A model generated the notes under the pieces. It was not told the DNA's origin, did not search any database, and saw only the letters and a list, made by a program, of their open reading frames with translations. The position numbers were made by a program, and so were the translations under genes. Below, piece by piece: positions 11,101 through 23,840 of a stretch of 64,000 nt of DNA. The stretch is from Alphaproteobacteria bacterium (GTDB taxonomy: Bacteria; Pseudomonadota; Alphaproteobacteria; JBFXJJ01), in NCBI GenBank assembly GCA_050175015.1, contig JBFXJJ010000004.1, forward strand, positions 128,001 to 192,000, given 5' to 3'. How positions within the stretch are numbered: position 1 is the stretch's first letter; each line of letters starts with the position of its first letter.

Positions 11101-11463
11101 TTAGAACGATAGACCTTCTTCACGAGCAGCATCAGCTAAAGCTTTAATGCGTCCATGAAAAATATATCCTCCGCGATCAAAAACTATGTTTTTTACGCCA
11201 GCTTTAATACCTCTTTGAGCTACTAAGCGGCCGACAGCTGTCGCAGCGTCTTTGGTTGAACCACTTTTAATTGTTGCTTTTAATTCCTTATCAACTGAAG
11301 AAGCAGAAGCAAGTGTCTTGCCAGCTAAATCATCAATTAATTGAGCATAAATATGCTTACAGGAACGATAAACAGAAAGACGAACTTTGCCTTTTGCTTT
11401 TTTTCTTAAATTAAAACGAAGCCTTGCTTTGCGACGTTCAAATAATTCTCTTGCCGTTTTCAT
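11101..11463 (-). CDS. rplR: 50S ribosomal protein L18
   Basis: [26 protein letters not shown]. Confidence 0.98.
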   Translation of the reverse strand: MKTARELFERRKARLRFNLRKKAKGKVRLSVYRSCKHIYAQLIDDLAGKTLASASSVDKELKATIKSGSTKDAATAVGRLVAQRGIKAGVKNIVFDRGGYIFHGRIKALADAAREEGLSF

Positions 11464-11476
11464 GGCTTAAAACCCC

Positions 11477-12013
11477 TTATTTCTTCTTGCCTTCTTTACG
11501 ACGAATTGCTTCGCCTTCATATTTAACACCTTTGCCTTTATATGGTTCAGGTAAACGATAAGCTCTAACTTCAGCTGCAACTTGACCAACAACTTGTTTG
11601 TCAGCTCCAGAGATTTCAATTGAAGTTGGTGTAGCACAAGCAACCTTAATACCTTGAGGAACTTTATATTCAACTTCATGGCTGTAACCAAGTGAAAGAA
11701 CTAAGTCGCTTCCTTGTACTCTAGCTTTATAACCAACACCGACAATTTCAAGTTTTTTAATAAAGCCAACACTAACACCTTTTACCATATTGTTAGCTCT
11801 AGCTCTGATGGTTCCCCACATAGCTCTGGCTTTCTTATTTTCTTGTCTTGGTTTTACAACAATTTGCTTATCTTCAACCTTTACATCGACTAAGTCATTA
11901 TCAAAAGCAAGTGATAACTCACCATTTTTACCTTTAGTTTTTAAAACATTGCCAACTATTGACACGGTTACATCTGAAGGTACTGCTACTGGATTTTTTC
12001 CTACTCTAGACAT
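11477..12013 (-). CDS. rplF: 50S ribosomal protein L6
   Basis: MSRVGK.P, PEPYKGKG. Confidence 0.98.
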   Translation of the reverse strand: MSRVGKNPVAVPSDVTVSIVGNVLKTKGKNGELSLAFDNDLVDVKVEDKQIVVKPRQENKKARAMWGTIRARANNMVKGVSVGFIKKLEIVGVGYKARVQGSDLVLSLGYSHEVEYKVPQGIKVACATPTSIEISGADKQVVGQVAAEVRAYRLPEPYKGKGVKYEGEAIRRKEGKKK

Positions 12014-12024
12014 TTTTTTCTCCC

Positions 12025-12423
12025 TTAGAATACCTTACATAAAACTTCACCGCCAACATTAGCTTGGCGAGCTTCTTGATCTGACATAACTCCCTTTGGG
12101 GTAGACAAAACCGCAATACCTAAACCATTATAATATTTAGGAAGATTTTTGATTTTAGAATAAACTCTACGTCCTGGGGTTGAGATTCTGGTTATTTCCT
12201 TAATAACTGGCGCATCTTCAAAATATTTAAGTTCAACCTTAATTTCTTCAACGCCTTCTCTAACTTTATATTTATTGAAACCTCTAATGTAACCTTCTCT
12301 CTGTAAAACTTCTAAAACACTCAAACGAAGTTTAGAAGCTGGGGTTACAACTGAGCTTTTTTTAGCTCTTTGTCCGTTTCTAATTCTGGTGAGCATATCA
12401 CCTAATGTATCTGTCATTGACAT
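12025..12423 (-). CDS. rpsH: 30S ribosomal protein S8
   Basis: MSMTD..GDMLTRIRN, STPGRRVY, GGEVLC; start trimmed to ATG 12423. Confidence 0.98.
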   Translation of the reverse strand: MSMTDTLGDMLTRIRNGQRAKKSSVVTPASKLRLSVLEVLQREGYIRGFNKYKVREGVEEIKVELKYFEDAPVIKEITRISTPGRRVYSKIKNLPKYYNGLGIAVLSTPKGVMSDQEARQANVGGEVLCKVF

Positions 12424-12437
12424 GGGACTGCTTCTCC

Positions 12438-12743
12438 TTACCAACTTGATTTAACAAGACCTGGGATTTGCCCCTGCCCTGCCATATCTCTTAAAATAAC
12501 TCTGCTTAACTTAAACTTACGATAGTTACCGCGAGGTCTGCCTGTTAATTCACAACGATTGTGAATTCTATCCTTAGCAGAATTTCTTGGAACAATAGCA
12601 AGCTTAAGAACAGCTTCAAATCTTGCTTCTGGAGAAGTTTCCTTGTTCATAATAACCGCTTTTAAGCGATTGCGTTTTGAACTAAATTTTTTAGCCATAC
12701 GCTCTCTTTTTTTGTTGCGTTCAACTGCACTTGTTTTAGCCAT
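12438..12743 (-). CDS. rpsN: 30S ribosomal protein S14 (long, zinc-independent type)
   Basis: [20 protein letters not shown], 101 aa. Confidence 0.98.
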   Translation of the reverse strand: MAKTSAVERNKKRERMAKKFSSKRNRLKAVIMNKETSPEARFEAVLKLAIVPRNSAKDRIHNRCELTGRPRGNYRKFKLSRVILRDMAGQGQIPGLVKSSW

Positions 12744-12758
12744 AGTAAATTACTCCAG

Positions 12759-13298
12759 TTATTTTCTAAAAGGAAAATTAAAAGCTGAAAGTAAAGCTTT
12801 TGCTTCTTTATCCGTTTTTGCACTAGTGCAAATAACGACATTCATACCTCTAATTTTATCTATTTGATCGTAGTTAATTTCAGGGAAAATAATCTGTTCT
12901 TTAATTCCCATAGAAAAGTTGCCTTTTCCATCAAAATTTTTACCAGAAATACCTCTGAAATCGCGAACTCTAGGCAGAGCAATAGTTACTAAACGGTCTA
13001 AAAATTCATACATTTTTTCACGGCGCAAAGTAACTTTACATCCTATTGGCATTCCTTCACGTAACTTAAAAGTTGCGATGGATTTACGAGCATGGCTAAC
13101 AATCGGTTTTTGGCCTGATATAGCGGTAAGTTCATTTAACGCAAGGTCAATTTTCTTCTTATCAGCAACAGCCTCTCCTACGCCCATATTTATAACAATT
13201 TTCTCAAGACGTGGGACTTCCAATTCATTTTTGTAGCCGAATTCTTTTACTAATTCTTTTTTTACTACACTTTTATAATGATCAATCAATCTGGTCAT
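12759..13298 (-). CDS. rplE: 50S ribosomal protein L5
   Basis: [20 protein letters not shown]. Confidence 0.98.
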   Translation of the reverse strand: MTRLIDHYKSVVKKELVKEFGYKNELEVPRLEKIVINMGVGEAVADKKKIDLALNELTAISGQKPIVSHARKSIATFKLREGMPIGCKVTLRREKMYEFLDRLVTIALPRVRDFRGISGKNFDGKGNFSMGIKEQIIFPEINYDQIDKIRGMNVVICTSAKTDKEAKALLSAFNFPFRK

Positions 13299-13320
13299 TT
13301 CTTAAAATTCCTTCTCTTTC

Positions 13321-13641
13321 TTATTTATCAAGAACTTCGCCAGAACGTTTGGCAAAACGAACTTTGCGACCATCATCGAGGGTTTTATATCCAACTCTAG
13401 TTGGTTTACCATCTTTAGGATCGATTAATGAAACATTAGAAACATGAATCGGTAATTCTTTAGTGATAATGCCACCAGGAGAAGTCTGTGTTGGTTTGGT
13501 ATGACGTTTTACAACATTAACACCTTTAACCAAAACTTTACGTTCACTGGGAAGTGATCTTAAAACTTCGCCCTTACGACCTTTGTCTTTGCCACAAAGA
13601 ACAAGAACTTCATCGCCTTTTTTTACTTTCATTTTGTTCAT
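13321..13641 (-). CDS. rplX: 50S ribosomal protein L24
   Basis: KKGD.V.VL.GKDKG KOW motif, PIHVSNV; start trimmed to ATG 13641. Confidence 0.97.
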   Translation of the reverse strand: MNKMKVKKGDEVLVLCGKDKGRKGEVLRSLPSERKVLVKGVNVVKRHTKPTQTSPGGIITKELPIHVSNVSLIDPKDGKPTRVGYKTLDDGRKVRFAKRSGEVLDK

Positions 13642-13642
13642 A

Positions 13643-14011
13643 TCACAACACCTCCGGTGCAAGTGAAATAATTTTCATATATTTCTTTGCACGTAATTCA
13701 CGAGTTACGGGACCAAAGATACGGGTTCCAATAGGTTCCCCATCTTTATTTATTAAAACCGCAGCATTGCGATCAAATCTAATGGCGCTTCCATCATTAC
13801 GACGGATTTCTTTTGCTGTGCGAACAATAACGGCGCGATGAACGTCACCTTTTTTTACGCGGCCACGTGGAATCGCATCTTTAATAGAAACCACGATAAC
13901 ATCACCTACAGAGGCTATTTGTCTTTTTGAACCGCCTAAAACCTTGATGCACTGCACTTGGCGTGCCCCAGAATTATCGGCAACATCCAGGTTGGTTTGC
14001 ATCTGAATCAT
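13643..14011 (-). CDS. rplN: 50S ribosomal protein L14
   Basis: [22 protein letters not shown]. Confidence 0.98.
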   Translation of the reverse strand: MIQMQTNLDVADNSGARQVQCIKVLGGSKRQIASVGDVIVVSIKDAIPRGRVKKGDVHRAVIVRTAKEIRRNDGSAIRFDRNAAVLINKDGEPIGTRIFGPVTRELRAKKYMKIISLAPEVL

Positions 14012-14053
14012 TTGACTGTTTCCTTACAAATTTAAAAAATTAAACTTACACTA

Positions 14054-14299
14054 TCAGTTTTTGTCTTCAGTGCCAAGAATAACTTCCCAACACTTATTTT
14101 TAGAAAGTGGACGACACTCACATATACGAACCACATCTCCGACTTTACACTGATTATTTTCATCATGGGCAGAATATTTCTTGCTGCTCATAATGTATTT
14201 CTTATACTTGTTATGCATCATACGACGTTCGACTTTTACAACAACCGTTTTATCCATCTTGTCGCTGACCACAACACCTTGAAGAATTCTCTTTGGCAT
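14054..14299 (-). CDS. rpsQ: 30S ribosomal protein S17
   Basis: [19 protein letters not shown]. Confidence 0.97.
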   Translation of the reverse strand: MPKRILQGVVVSDKMDKTVVVKVERRMMHNKYKKYIMSSKKYSAHDENNQCKVGDVVRICECRPLSKNKCWEVILGTEDKN

Positions 14300-14304
14300 C
14301 TTCA

Positions 14305-14508
14305 TTAAACCTTTTTCTTGCGCTCGTCAAGGAGCGTCTTTATACGAGCAACATCACGACGAACTTTTTTTACCTGAGCGGTATTTGCAAGATTGCCTGT
14401 TGTTTGTTGAAAACGAAAATTAAATTGCTCTTTTTTAAGAGAAAGAAGCATTTCTTTTAATTCATCGTCACTTTTAGCACGCATTTCGGTTAATACATTC
14501 TCTTTCAT
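14305..14508 (-). CDS. rpmC: 50S ribosomal protein L29
   Basis: [19 protein letters not shown]. Confidence 0.96.
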   Translation of the reverse strand: MKENVLTEMRAKSDDELKEMLLSLKKEQFNFRFQQTTGNLANTAQVKKVRRDVARIKTLLDERKKKV

Positions 14509-14512
14509 AATT

Positions 14513-14932
14513 TTACTCCTCTCCAGCTAAACGAGTAATAAACTTAGTTCTAACAGGAAGTTTAGCAGCTGCAAGCTCAAAAGCCTGACGTGCTGTCTTT
14601 TCAGCAACACCATCAATTTCGAACATAATTCTGCCAGGTTTTACACGGCAAACCCAAAACTCTGGAGTACCTTTACCTTTACCCTGTCTAACTTCTGCTG
14701 GTTTCTTTGAAACTGGAACATCTGGGAAAATTCTAATCCAAACTCTTCCCTGACGCTTCATTTCTCTTGTAATTGCGCGTCTTGCTGCTTCAATTTGTCT
14801 AGCTGTTACTCTTTCAGGAGTAATAGCCTTAAGACCAAAGGAACCAAAATTTAAATCTGTACCGCCCTTAGCATTGCCGTGGATACGCCCTTTATGAGCT
14901 TTACGGTACTTTGTTCTTTTTGGACTAAGCAT
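14513..14932 (-). CDS. rplP: 50S ribosomal protein L16
   Basis: [25 protein letters not shown]. Confidence 0.98.
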   Translation of the reverse strand: MLSPKRTKYRKAHKGRIHGNAKGGTDLNFGSFGLKAITPERVTARQIEAARRAITREMKRQGRVWIRIFPDVPVSKKPAEVRQGKGKGTPEFWVCRVKPGRIMFEIDGVAEKTARQAFELAAAKLPVRTKFITRLAGEE

Positions 14933-14956
14933 TTATTTTATCCATTCCTATCAAAA

Positions 14957-15628
14957 TTAGCGTTGAACTTCAGCTAAGCGTTTTTCACGAGCCATAGGAT
15001 CATGAGCCATAATTTCACCCTTGTAAACCCATACTTTAATACCGCAAGCACCATAAGTGGTACGAGCTGTAGCAACACCATAATCAATGTCTGCTCTTAA
15101 AGTATGAAGAGGAACTCTTCCTTCACGATACCATTCAACACGAGCAATTTCTGCGCCGCCTAAACGACCACTGCAAGCAATTTTAATACCGCCAGCACCT
15201 AATCTTAAAGCTGACTGAACGGCTCTTTTCATTGCTCTACGGAAAGCAACACGTCTTTCAAGCTGCTGTGCGATACCTTCGGCAATAAGAGCTGCATCTA
15301 ATTCAGGCTTTCTGATTTCAACTATATTAAGATGAACTTCACTGCCTGTAATTTTTTGCAAGTCTTTGCGTAAAGAATCAATATCTTGACCTTTTTTACC
15401 AATGACTACACCTGGGCGAGCTGAATGTATTGTAATTCTAGCTTTTTTTGCAGGGCGTTCAATAACAACTCTGCTTATACCAGCTTGGTAAAGCTTTTTC
15501 TTAAGATACTTACGAATTTTAATATCTTCATGCAGAAGATCAGCGTAACTTTCATCAGCAAACCAACGAGAATCCCAAGTACGGTTTACTCCCAATCTAA
15601 AGCCGATTGGATTAATCTTCTGACCCAT
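14957..15628 (-). CDS. rpsC: 30S ribosomal protein S3
   Basis: [26 protein letters not shown]. Confidence 0.98.
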   Translation of the reverse strand: MGQKINPIGFRLGVNRTWDSRWFADESYADLLHEDIKIRKYLKKKLYQAGISRVVIERPAKKARITIHSARPGVVIGKKGQDIDSLRKDLQKITGSEVHLNIVEIRKPELDAALIAEGIAQQLERRVAFRRAMKRAVQSALRLGAGGIKIACSGRLGGAEIARVEWYREGRVPLHTLRADIDYGVATARTTYGACGIKVWVYKGEIMAHDPMAREKRLAEVQR

Positions 15629-16008
15629 TATTTACTCTCCTCAACTTCACGAACAACGATTGTTAAGTTAGAAAACGGCTTCAAAACTCTTGCGCCTCTT
15701 CCGCGTGCTCTAGCATGCCATCTTTTCATAACCAAACTTTTACCAACATAAGCTTCTGCGACCTGTAATTTGTCAACATCAAGGTTATGATTGTTTTCAG
15801 CATTAGCAATAGCAGACTGCAAAACTTTCTTAACCTCTCCAGCTATGCGCTTTTTAGAAAAAGACAATTCAGCTACAGCTGTTTCAACTTTTAAACCTCT
15901 AATCGAACCCGCAACTAAATTAAGTTTGCGAGGAGATGTTCTTAAAGAAAAGGCTTTTGCAATAGCAACTTTGCCTGTTTCTTTATTGTTTTTTAAATTC
16001 TCAGCCAT
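15628..16008 (-). CDS. rplV: 50S ribosomal protein L22
   Basis: [23 protein letters not shown]. Confidence 0.97.
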   Translation of the reverse strand: MAENLKNNKETGKVAIAKAFSLRTSPRKLNLVAGSIRGLKVETAVAELSFSKKRIAGEVKKVLQSAIANAENNHNLDVDKLQVAEAYVGKSLVMKRWHARARGRGARVLKPFSNLTIVVREVEESK

Positions 16009-16010
16009 AA

Positions 16011-16289
16011 CTAACCTCTTTTAGCCTTTTTATCTGCGGCATGACCATAATAGGTGCGTGATGGTGAAAACTCTCCAAATTTATGTCCAATCATATTTTC
16101 TGTAACCAGAACTGGAATAAATTTACGACCATTATAAACGCCAAATGTTAAACCAACAAACTGCGGCAGAATTGTAGATCTTCTTGACCACATTTTAATA
16201 ACTTCATTACGACCTGATGCACGTACCTTTTCAGCCTTTCCGAGAAGGTATCCATCAACAAAAGGTCCTTTCCAAACAGAACGAGCCAT
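16011..16289 (-). CDS. rpsS: 30S ribosomal protein S19
   Basis: [17 protein letters not shown]. Confidence 0.98.
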   Translation of the reverse strand: MARSVWKGPFVDGYLLGKAEKVRASGRNEVIKMWSRRSTILPQFVGLTFGVYNGRKFIPVLVTENMIGHKFGEFSPSRTYYGHAADKKAKRG

Positions 16290-16301
16290 AATCCTTCTCC
16301 T

Positions 16302-17138
16302 TTATTTCTTTTTAGCCTGATGACGGGAACGTAAAATAAAGCCGTCAGTCTTTTTATTATTACGAGTCTTTTTACCTTTGGTGCATTTACCCCAAGGAGT
16401 AACTGGATGACGACCACCACAAGTTCTACCTTCACCACCACCATGTGGGTGATCAACAGGGTTCATAGCAACACCTCTAACGCTAGGTCTTACACCTAAC
16501 CAACGGTTACGACCAGCTTTGCCCAAGTTCGTGTTTTTGTTATCAGGATTAGAAACAGCACCAACCGTGCCTAAACAATCACCTCTAACAACTCTCAGTT
16601 CACCAGAACCAAGACGAATTTGAACAACGCCTGCATCTTTACCAATAAGCTGAGCATAACAACCTGCTGAGCGAACGATTTGTCCACCTCTTCCTGGTTT
16701 CAACTCAACGTTATGGACAATAGTACCAACTGGCATATTTTTAAGAGGCATAGAATTTCCTGGCTTAATATCAACTTTGCTGCCAGAAACAACTGAATCG
16801 CCTACTTTTAATCTTTGTGGCGCCAAGATATAAGACTTTTCACCATCCTGATAATTAATCAAAGCAATGAAAGCTGTTCTATTTGGATCATATTCCAATC
16901 TTTCAACAACTGCTGTAACATCAAACTTATTACGTTTGAAGTCAACAAGGCGATAACGACGTTTATGTCCGCCGCCCATACGACGACTTGTTATTCTTCC
17001 TTGGTTGTTGCGTCCACCTGTTTTTTTCAAGCCCTCAGTCAAACTTTTGACTGGGCCGCCACTATAAAGTTCACTTCTATCAACAACTGTTAACTGACGA
17101 AGAGACGGTGTAGTGGGTCTAAAGTTCTTTAACGCCAT
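16302..17138 (-). CDS. rplB: 50S ribosomal protein L2
   Basis: [21 protein letters not shown]. Confidence 0.98.
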   Translation of the reverse strand: MALKNFRPTTPSLRQLTVVDRSELYSGGPVKSLTEGLKKTGGRNNQGRITSRRMGGGHKRRYRLVDFKRNKFDVTAVVERLEYDPNRTAFIALINYQDGEKSYILAPQRLKVGDSVVSGSKVDIKPGNSMPLKNMPVGTIVHNVELKPGRGGQIVRSAGCYAQLIGKDAGVVQIRLGSGELRVVRGDCLGTVGAVSNPDNKNTNLGKAGRNRWLGVRPSVRGVAMNPVDHPHGGGEGRTCGGRHPVTPWGKCTKGKKTRNNKKTDGFILRSRHQAKKK

Positions 17139-17141
17139 AAC

Positions 17142-17459
17142 TTATATTCCCGTTGTAACATCAATGTTCTGACCATCGGCTAAACGCACAACAGCCTTTT
17201 TAAAATCACTTCTTTTGCCCATATGGCCACGGAATCTTTTTAATTTTCCTTTTGTAGTAACCGTATTGACAGATTCAACCTTAACACCAAAAACTGTTTC
17301 AACTGCTGATTTAACTTCAGTTTTTTCTGCATCAAGAGGCACGATAAAGGTAACTTTATTATGCTCTGAAGCTTTCATCGATTTTTCGGTGATTACTGGT
17401 CTACGGATAACGTCATACATACGTTCCGTAACATTCTTTTTTACTTCAGACTTACTCAT
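17142..17459 (-). CDS. rplW: 50S ribosomal protein L23
   Basis: PVITEKS, VE..FGVKV..VNT, KKA. Confidence 0.97.
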   Translation of the reverse strand: MSKSEVKKNVTERMYDVIRRPVITEKSMKASEHNKVTFIVPLDAEKTEVKSAVETVFGVKVESVNTVTTKGKLKRFRGHMGKRSDFKKAVVRLADGQNIDVTTGI

Positions 17460-18076
17460 TTTAGTCTAGCCTCCAGATGTTCTACAGCTTCCTTGGTTAA
17501 AACCAAAGTATCACGTCTTAAAATGTCATAAACATTAGCACCTTGCTGTGGCAACACATCAATACCAATAATATTACGAGCTGCTAAGGCAAAATTATTA
17601 TCAACTGCAATACCATCAACGATAAGAGCAGAGGTAAGTCCTAATGCTTTAATTTTAGCAACAACTTCTTTGGTTTTTGCTTTTTCAGTTGCAACACTGT
17701 CAAGAACAAGCAGTTTACCTTGTTTTGCTTTAGATGACAAGGCTGTTTTTAAACCAAGTCTACGAACTTTCTTCTGTAAACTATAGCCATGGTCTCTAAC
17801 AACAGGTCCAAAAGCAACACCGCCGCCAACCATTGAAGGGGCTTTCATATTGCCATGTCTAGATCTACCACCACCTTTTTGTTTAAATGCTTTTTTAGAT
17901 GTTCCAGACACTTCACTTCTAGCTTTCGCTTTGTGACAGCCTGAGCGTCTTTTGGCTAATTGCCAGTTAACTACACGAGCCAAAATATCCTCACGGATAT
18001 CGACTCCAAAAATTGAGTCAGAAAGCTCAATTGAGCCAACACTCTTATTTTCTAAATTTTTAACTTCGAGTTTCAT
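17456..18076 (-). CDS. rplD: 50S ribosomal protein L4
   Basis: WQLAKRR, QKG.G.SRHG, GGG.AFGP. Confidence 0.97.
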   Translation of the reverse strand: MKLEVKNLENKSVGSIELSDSIFGVDIREDILARVVNWQLAKRRSGCHKAKARSEVSGTSKKAFKQKGGGRSRHGNMKAPSMVGGGVAFGPVVRDHGYSLQKKVRRLGLKTALSSKAKQGKLLVLDSVATEKAKTKEVVAKIKALGLTSALIVDGIAVDNNFALAARNIIGIDVLPQQGANVYDILRRDTLVLTKEAVEHLEARLK

Positions 18077-18081
18077 CTCAG

Positions 18082-18789
18082 TTATTCCTTCTCATCTACG
18101 ACAGCAGCAGCAGTTGCTTTTAATACTCCAGCTGGCATAGGAACATCTTTAGGAAGAGATTTCTTTACAGAATCTCTAACTTTAAGTAATGAACCTTTAT
18201 GCCCTGGCACTCCACCTTTGACCATAATCAAATTACGGGCATCATCAACAGCTACAACTTCTAAATTTTGAACTGTTACTTTTTCATCGCCCATATGACC
18301 AGCCATTTTCTTTCCTTTGAAAACTCTGCCTGGATCTTGATGTTGACCAGTTGAACCGTGTGAACGGTGAGATACTGACACACCGTGAGATGCTTCTAAA
18401 CCTTGGAAATTATGTCTTTTCATTGCTCCAGCAAAGCCTTTACCAATGGAAAAACCTGAAACATCAACAAATTGTCCAACGACAAAATGACTTGGAAGGA
18501 ATTTAGAACCAGCCTCTAAAAGACAATCTTCAGAAACTCTAAATTCAATTAATTTTTGTTTTGGTTCTATTTTTGCCTTAGCATAAGAACCTCTCATAGC
18601 TTTGGTTACATTTTTTGCTTTAACCTGACCAGCACCAATTTGAACGGCATCATAACCGTCTTTTGCTTTGGTTCTAACGGAAACTACTTCGCAGTTGTCA
18701 AGTTGTAATACTGTAACTGGAACGTGCACACCATCTTCTTTAAAAAGACGAGACATTCCGAGCTTTCTTGCTAATAATCCTGAACGCAT
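18082..18789 (-). CDS. rplC: 50S ribosomal protein L3
   Basis: [33 protein letters not shown]. Confidence 0.98.
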   Translation of the reverse strand: MRSGLLARKLGMSRLFKEDGVHVPVTVLQLDNCEVVSVRTKAKDGYDAVQIGAGQVKAKNVTKAMRGSYAKAKIEPKQKLIEFRVSEDCLLEAGSKFLPSHFVVGQFVDVSGFSIGKGFAGAMKRHNFQGLEASHGVSVSHRSHGSTGQHQDPGRVFKGKKMAGHMGDEKVTVQNLEVVAVDDARNLIMVKGGVPGHKGSLLKVRDSVKKSLPKDVPMPAGVLKATAAAVVDEKE

Positions 18790-18801
18790 TTTTACGTCTC
18801 C

Positions 18802-19113
18802 TTACACTTTAATCTCAACGTCAACGCCAGCTGCTAAATCAAGCTTCATTAAAGCATCAACTGTTTGCGGAGTTGGATCAACGATATCTAAAACTCTACG
18901 ATGAGTACGAATCTCGAATTGTTCACGAGATTTTTTATCAACGTGCGGAGAACGGTTTAATGTAAATTTTTCAACTAATGTTGGCAAAGGAATCGGACCG
19001 CAAACACTTGCGCCGGTTCTTTTGGCCGTATTAACGATTTCAAGCGTTGATTGATCGAGCAACCTGTGCTCAAACGCTTTCAACCGTATTCTAATATTTT
19101 GACCTTCCATCAT
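18802..19113 (-). CDS. rpsJ: 30S ribosomal protein S10
   Basis: [21 protein letters not shown]; start could be 19110, 19113 or 19128. Confidence 0.97.
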   Translation of the reverse strand: MMEGQNIRIRLKAFEHRLLDQSTLEIVNTAKRTGASVCGPIPLPTLVEKFTLNRSPHVDKKSREQFEIRTHRRVLDIVDPTPQTVDALMKLDLAAGVDVEIKV

Positions 19114-19225
19114 GGCTTTCTGCACCATCCCTTATTTTTCCCGGATAGCTTGCCGAAAGTTACTCTCGCAGCCAGTTCTCGGGGACTTGTTAACACAAAT
19201 ATATCTTTATAGTATAAAAACACTA

Positions 19226-19255
19226 TTCGGAACGAGGAAAATACCTCGTTCCGAA
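19226..19255 (-). terminator. Hairpin/terminator after tuf copy 1
   Basis: ttcggaacgagg-aaaata-cctcgttccgaa perfect 12-bp stem. Confidence 0.65.
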
Positions 19256-19294
19256 CAGAAAAACAAGAACTTTTTTTAAATTCTTCGTTTTTTC

Positions 19295-20485
19295 TTATTT
19301 TACGATAGATGCTACCACTCCTGCACCTACTGTACGACCACCTTCTCTAATCGCAAATCTTAAGCCTTCATCCATCGCAATCGGAGCTATTAGATTGATC
19401 TTCATAGAAATGTTATCGCCTGGCATAACCATCTCTACTCCTGATGGTAATTCTATCGAACCGGTTACGTCCGTTGTTCTAAAATAAAACTGGGGACGAT
19501 AGTTCGAGAAAAATGGAGTATGACGACCACCTTCTTCTTTTGTTAAAATATAACATTCACAATTGAATTCGGTATGTGGTGTAATTGAACCTGGTTTTGC
19601 TAATACTTGACCACGTTCAACGTCATCTCTTTTCGTGCCTCTCAATAAAACACCAATGTTGTCGCCTGCTTCGCCTTGATCAAGAAGCTTACGGAACATT
19701 TCAACACCCGTACAAGTAGTCTTCGTGGTATCTTTTAAACCTACTATCTCTACTTCTTCGCCTACTTTCAATACGCCGCGTTCTACTCTGCCGGTTACAA
19801 CTGTACCACGGCCAGAAATAGAAAATACGTCTTCAATTGGCATCAAAAATGGTAAATCTTTGGGACGATCTGGTTGTGGAATATATTTGTCAACTTCTGC
19901 CATCAACTTCAATACTGCTTCCTTACCAATCTTTGGATCCTTGTCTTCCAACACTGCTAATGCTGAACCAGGGATAATTGGAATATCATCGCCTGGGAAA
20001 TCATAAGAAGATAATAATTCTCTCAGCTCTAATTCAACTAATTCCAATAATTCTGGATCGTCTACTTGGTCAACCTTATTCAAAAATACTACTAACGCTG
20101 GAACACCTACTTGTCTTGCTAACAAAATGTGCTCTCTCGTCTGTGGCATTGGACCATCAGCTGCTGATACTACTAATATCGCTCCGTCCATCTGAGCTGC
20201 TCCAGTAATCATGTTCTTAACATAGTCAGCATGTCCCGGACAGTCTACGTGCGCATAGTGCCTATTCGCTGTCTCATACTCTACGTGTGCTGTAGATATG
20301 GTGATACCTCTAGCTTTCTCTTCCGGTGCCTTGTCTATCTGGTCATATGCTGTAAACTCTGCACCACCTGCTTCCGCTAATACTTTCGTGATCGCTGCCG
20401 TTAATGAGGTCTTGCCATGGTCTACGTGACCTATCGTACCTATGTTACAATGCGGCTTCGTCCTCTCAAATTTCTCCTTAGCCAT
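19295..20485 (-). CDS. tuf: Elongation factor Tu (str-operon copy)
   Basis: [17 protein letters not shown]; 396 aa. Confidence 0.99.
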   Translation of the reverse strand: MAKEKFERTKPHCNIGTIGHVDHGKTSLTAAITKVLAEAGGAEFTAYDQIDKAPEEKARGITISTAHVEYETANRHYAHVDCPGHADYVKNMITGAAQMDGAILVVSAADGPMPQTREHILLARQVGVPALVVFLNKVDQVDDPELLELVELELRELLSSYDFPGDDIPIIPGSALAVLEDKDPKIGKEAVLKLMAEVDKYIPQPDRPKDLPFLMPIEDVFSISGRGTVVTGRVERGVLKVGEEVEIVGLKDTTKTTCTGVEMFRKLLDQGEAGDNIGVLLRGTKRDDVERGQVLAKPGSITPHTEFNCECYILTKEEGGRHTPFFSNYRPQFYFRTTDVTGSIELPSGVEMVMPGDNISMKINLIAPIAMDEGLRFAIREGGRTVGAGVVASIVK

Positions 20486-20535
20486 CTATCTTACTCCATC
20501 TATATAAAAATAAGTTATAAAATAAAAATTGTGAA

Positions 20536-22623
20536 TTAACCTGCTAATTTGGTTTTAATTTCTTCGAAAACATTGTTTGGAACTTCTGCATAATGTCCAA
20601 AATGCATTGAATATTGTGCACGTCCCTGGCTCATAGAGCGCAATGTATTAACATAACCAAACATAGAAGCTAAAGGAACAAAAGCTGAAATAACTCTAGC
20701 ATTTCCACGCTGTTCCATACCGTTAACTTGGCCTCTGCGACTGTTAAGATCGCCAATAATATCACCCATATATTCTTCTGGGGTAACAACTTCCACTTTC
20801 ATAACAGGCTCTAAAAGTTTAGGACCACCCTTCATCATACCTTCTCTAAAAGCTGCTCTTGCAGCAATTTCAAAAGCCATAACACTTGAGTCAACATCGT
20901 GATAAGCACCATCATAAAGGGTAGCTTTGATGTCAGCACAAGGGAAGCCTGCAATTGGACCAGCTTCCATAGCTGATCTAATGCCTTTTTCAACACCTGG
21001 AATATATTCTTTAGGAACATTACCACCGACAACTTTATTCTCAAAGGTAAAGCCTAAGCCTGCTTCTTGAGGCTGGAATGTAATTTTAACTCTAGCAAAC
21101 TGACCAGCACCGCCAGATTGTTTCTTATGAGTATAATCAACATCACATAACTTAGTGATGGTTTCACGATAAGCAACCTGAGGAGCGCCAACGTTAGCTT
21201 CAACCTTAAATTCACGTTTCATACGATCAACGATAATTTCGAGGTGAAGTTCTCCCATTCCTTTAATAATGGTTTGTCCGCTTTCTTTATCAACAGAAAC
21301 TCTAAAAGAAGGATCTTCCATAGCTAAACGTTGAAGAGCTGCACTCATTTTTTCAACATCAGCTTGTGTTTTAGGCTCTACAGCAACTTCAATAACAGGA
21401 TCTGGGAATTCCATCTTTTCAAGAATGACTTCATTGTTTGTATCACAAATAGTCTCACCTGTTGTGGTGTCTTTTAAGCCAACGAGAGCTACAATATCAC
21501 CAGCATATGCTTCTTTAATATCTTCACGGTGATTAGCATGCATTAGAAGCATACGACCAATTCTTTCTTTTTTATCTTTTACTGAATTAAGAGTCGTAAC
21601 ACCACTTTGAAGAGTTCCTGAGTAAATTCTCGCAAAGGTTAATGAGCCAACATAAGGGTCGTTCATAACTTTAAAAGCTAAAGCTGAGAAAGGTTCCTTA
21701 TCATCAGGTTTACGGAATACTTCAACTTCTTCATTGTTAGTAACAATTTTGACACCTCTTACAGGAGGAATATCAAGTGGTGATGGCAAATAATCAACAA
21801 CAGCATCTAACAAAGTTTGAACACCTTTGTTTTTAAAGGCTGTACCACAAAGCACTGGGAAGAATGTCATAGAAATCACACCCTTACGGATACAGGCTTT
21901 TATAGTTTTTTCATCAATTTCCTTACCTTCAAGATAAGCTTCCATTACAGCATCATCTGTTTCAACGGCTGTTTCGATTAATTTTGCATGATAATCTTCG
22001 GTTGCATCTTTTAAATCATCAGGAACATCTGTAACAACAAATTCAGCACCAAGGGATTCATCTTTCCAAATGATTGCCTTTTTCTGCAAAACGTCAATGA
22101 CACCTTTAAACTCAGATTCAGCACCGATTGGCAGTTGTAATACCAAAGGTACAGCCCCGAGTCTCTTTTTGATCATATCGACGCACATATCAAAATTAGC
22201 GCCAATTCTATCCATTTTGTTTAAGAAACATATTCTTGGAACTTTATATTTATCAGCCTGACGCCAAACCGTTTCAGACTGAGGTTCAACACCTGCAACA
22301 GAGTCAAAAACAGCTACAGCACCGTCTAAAACACGCAAAGATCTTTCAACTTCAATCGTGAAGTCAACGTGTCCCGGAGTATCAATGATGTTAACTCTAT
22401 GATCTTTCCAGTAAGCGGTAGTTGCAGCTGATGTAATTGTAATACCACGTTCTTGTTCTTGTTCCATCCAGTCCATTGTGGCGTTACCATCATGAACTTC
22501 ACCGATTTTATAAGATTTACCTGTATAGTAAAGAATACGTTCAGTTGTGGTGGTTTTTCCAGCATCAATATGTGCCATGATGCCGATGTTTCTATATTTT
22601 TCAACTGGGGTTGTACGAGCCAT
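20536..22623 (-). CDS. fusA: Elongation factor G
   Basis: [25 protein letters not shown]. Confidence 0.99.
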   Translation of the reverse strand: MARTTPVEKYRNIGIMAHIDAGKTTTTERILYYTGKSYKIGEVHDGNATMDWMEQEQERGITITSAATTAYWKDHRVNIIDTPGHVDFTIEVERSLRVLDGAVAVFDSVAGVEPQSETVWRQADKYKVPRICFLNKMDRIGANFDMCVDMIKKRLGAVPLVLQLPIGAESEFKGVIDVLQKKAIIWKDESLGAEFVVTDVPDDLKDATEDYHAKLIETAVETDDAVMEAYLEGKEIDEKTIKACIRKGVISMTFFPVLCGTAFKNKGVQTLLDAVVDYLPSPLDIPPVRGVKIVTNNEEVEVFRKPDDKEPFSALAFKVMNDPYVGSLTFARIYSGTLQSGVTTLNSVKDKKERIGRMLLMHANHREDIKEAYAGDIVALVGLKDTTTGETICDTNNEVILEKMEFPDPVIEVAVEPKTQADVEKMSAALQRLAMEDPSFRVSVDKESGQTIIKGMGELHLEIIVDRMKREFKVEANVGAPQVAYRETITKLCDVDYTHKKQSGGAGQFARVKITFQPQEAGLGFTFENKVVGGNVPKEYIPGVEKGIRSAMEAGPIAGFPCADIKATLYDGAYHDVDSSVMAFEIAARAAFREGMMKGGPKLLEPVMKVEVVTPEEYMGDIIGDLNSRRGQVNGMEQRGNARVISAFVPLASMFGYVNTLRSMSQGRAQYSMHFGHYAEVPNNVFEEIKTKLAG

Positions 22624-22647
22624 TATCAGCTTTTCCTTAAATTTTAT

Positions 22648-23118
22648 TTACCAACGATAGTGAGAGAAAGCTTTATTAGCTTCTGCCATCTTATGAGTAT
22701 CTTCACGTTTTTTTACGGCAGACCCTCTATTTGCAGCGGCATCAATAAATTCTGCTGCAAGTCTTTCAACCATTGTTTTTTCTGAACGGTTTCTAGCGGC
22801 TCCAATAATCCAACGAATAGAAAGTGCCTGTCTACGTTCTGGACGAACTTCAACTGGTACCTGATAAGTAGCACCACCTACACGGCGGGATCTAACTTCT
22901 ACTGAAGGTTTTACATTATCAATAGCTTCATGAAAGCTTTTCAATGCATCTTGTCTGGTTTTTTCAGAAAGACGATCTAAAGCACTGTAAACGATTTTTT
23001 CTGCAGTTGCTTTTTTACCTTGTTCCATTACACAATTCATAAATTTAGCAACAACGAGATCGCCATATTTTGCATCTGGCAATACTTCACGTTTTACTGC
23101 TGCGTGACGACGAGACAT
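22648..23118 (-). CDS. rpsG: 30S ribosomal protein S7
   Basis: [20 protein letters not shown]. Confidence 0.98.
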   Translation of the reverse strand: MSRRHAAVKREVLPDAKYGDLVVAKFMNCVMEQGKKATAEKIVYSALDRLSEKTRQDALKSFHEAIDNVKPSVEVRSRRVGGATYQVPVEVRPERRQALSIRWIIGAARNRSEKTMVERLAAEFIDAAANRGSAVKKREDTHKMAEANKAFSHYRW

Positions 23119-23130
23119 AGTTTAAATTCC

Positions 23131-23502
23131 TTATTTTGGACGCTTTGCACCATATTTTGAACGGCGCTGACGTCTATCATTAACACCTTGAGTATCTAAA
23201 GTACCACGAATTACATGGTAACGAACACCAGGTAAGTCCTTTACACGACCACCTCTAATCATAACGACTGAGTGTTCCTGAAGATTGTGGCCTTCACCAG
23301 GAATATAACTTGTAACTTCCTGACCATTTGTAAGTCTTACACGAGCTACTTTACGAAGAGCCGAGTTTGGTTTTTTTGGAGTTGTTGTATAAACTCTGGT
23401 ACAAACTCCACGTTTCTGCGGGCAAGCTTCAAGAGCTGGCACTTTATTACGCTTTTCAATAGGTGTCCGCGATTTGCGGATTAACTGGTTAATAGTTGGC
23501 AT
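23131..23502 (-). CDS. rpsL: 30S ribosomal protein S12
   Basis: [27 protein letters not shown]; start trimmed to ATG 23502. Confidence 0.99.
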   Translation of the reverse strand: MPTINQLIRKSRTPIEKRNKVPALEACPQKRGVCTRVYTTTPKKPNSALRKVARVRLTNGQEVTSYIPGEGHNLQEHSVVMIRGGRVKDLPGVRYHVIRGTLDTQGVNDRRQRRSKYGAKRPK

Positions 23503-23764
23503 ATCTTTCAAACCTTTTTTAGACAATTAAAAGTCTTAAATTAAAATTGAAGAAACCATAAAAAGGCAATTCTAAAAAAACTGTCTCTTTAAAGCTTTTC
23601 TTAAATTAAATATTTAGGCATAACTTTAAAGGGTATTCTCCATTTAAAGTATACCAAGATTGCGAATACTAGTTGGGACTTCGCATTTCGTCAAGATTTA
23701 ATCTTGTTTTTTTAGTCTTTTTTATGAAAAAAGCCCAAAAAAAGAAAAAACCTTATAAAAATTT

Positions 23765-23804
23765 AAAAGTTAAGGGGTTGAATTAAACAACCCCATAACT
23801 TTTT
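23765..23804 (-). terminator. Intrinsic terminator after rpoC
   Basis: aaaagtta-aggggttg...caacccc-ataactttt hairpin. Confidence 0.65.
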
Positions 23805-23840
23805 AATTAATAAAACAAGCATAAATTTTATGTGTTTTAT

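Larger units (their letters stand above)
19217..20491. repeat. Direct repeat copy 1 (1275 bp): tuf plus 78 bp downstream flank and 6 bp upstream
   Basis: Matches 35920..37194 at offset 16703; identical proteins and identical shadow ORFs in both copies. Confidence 0.95.
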
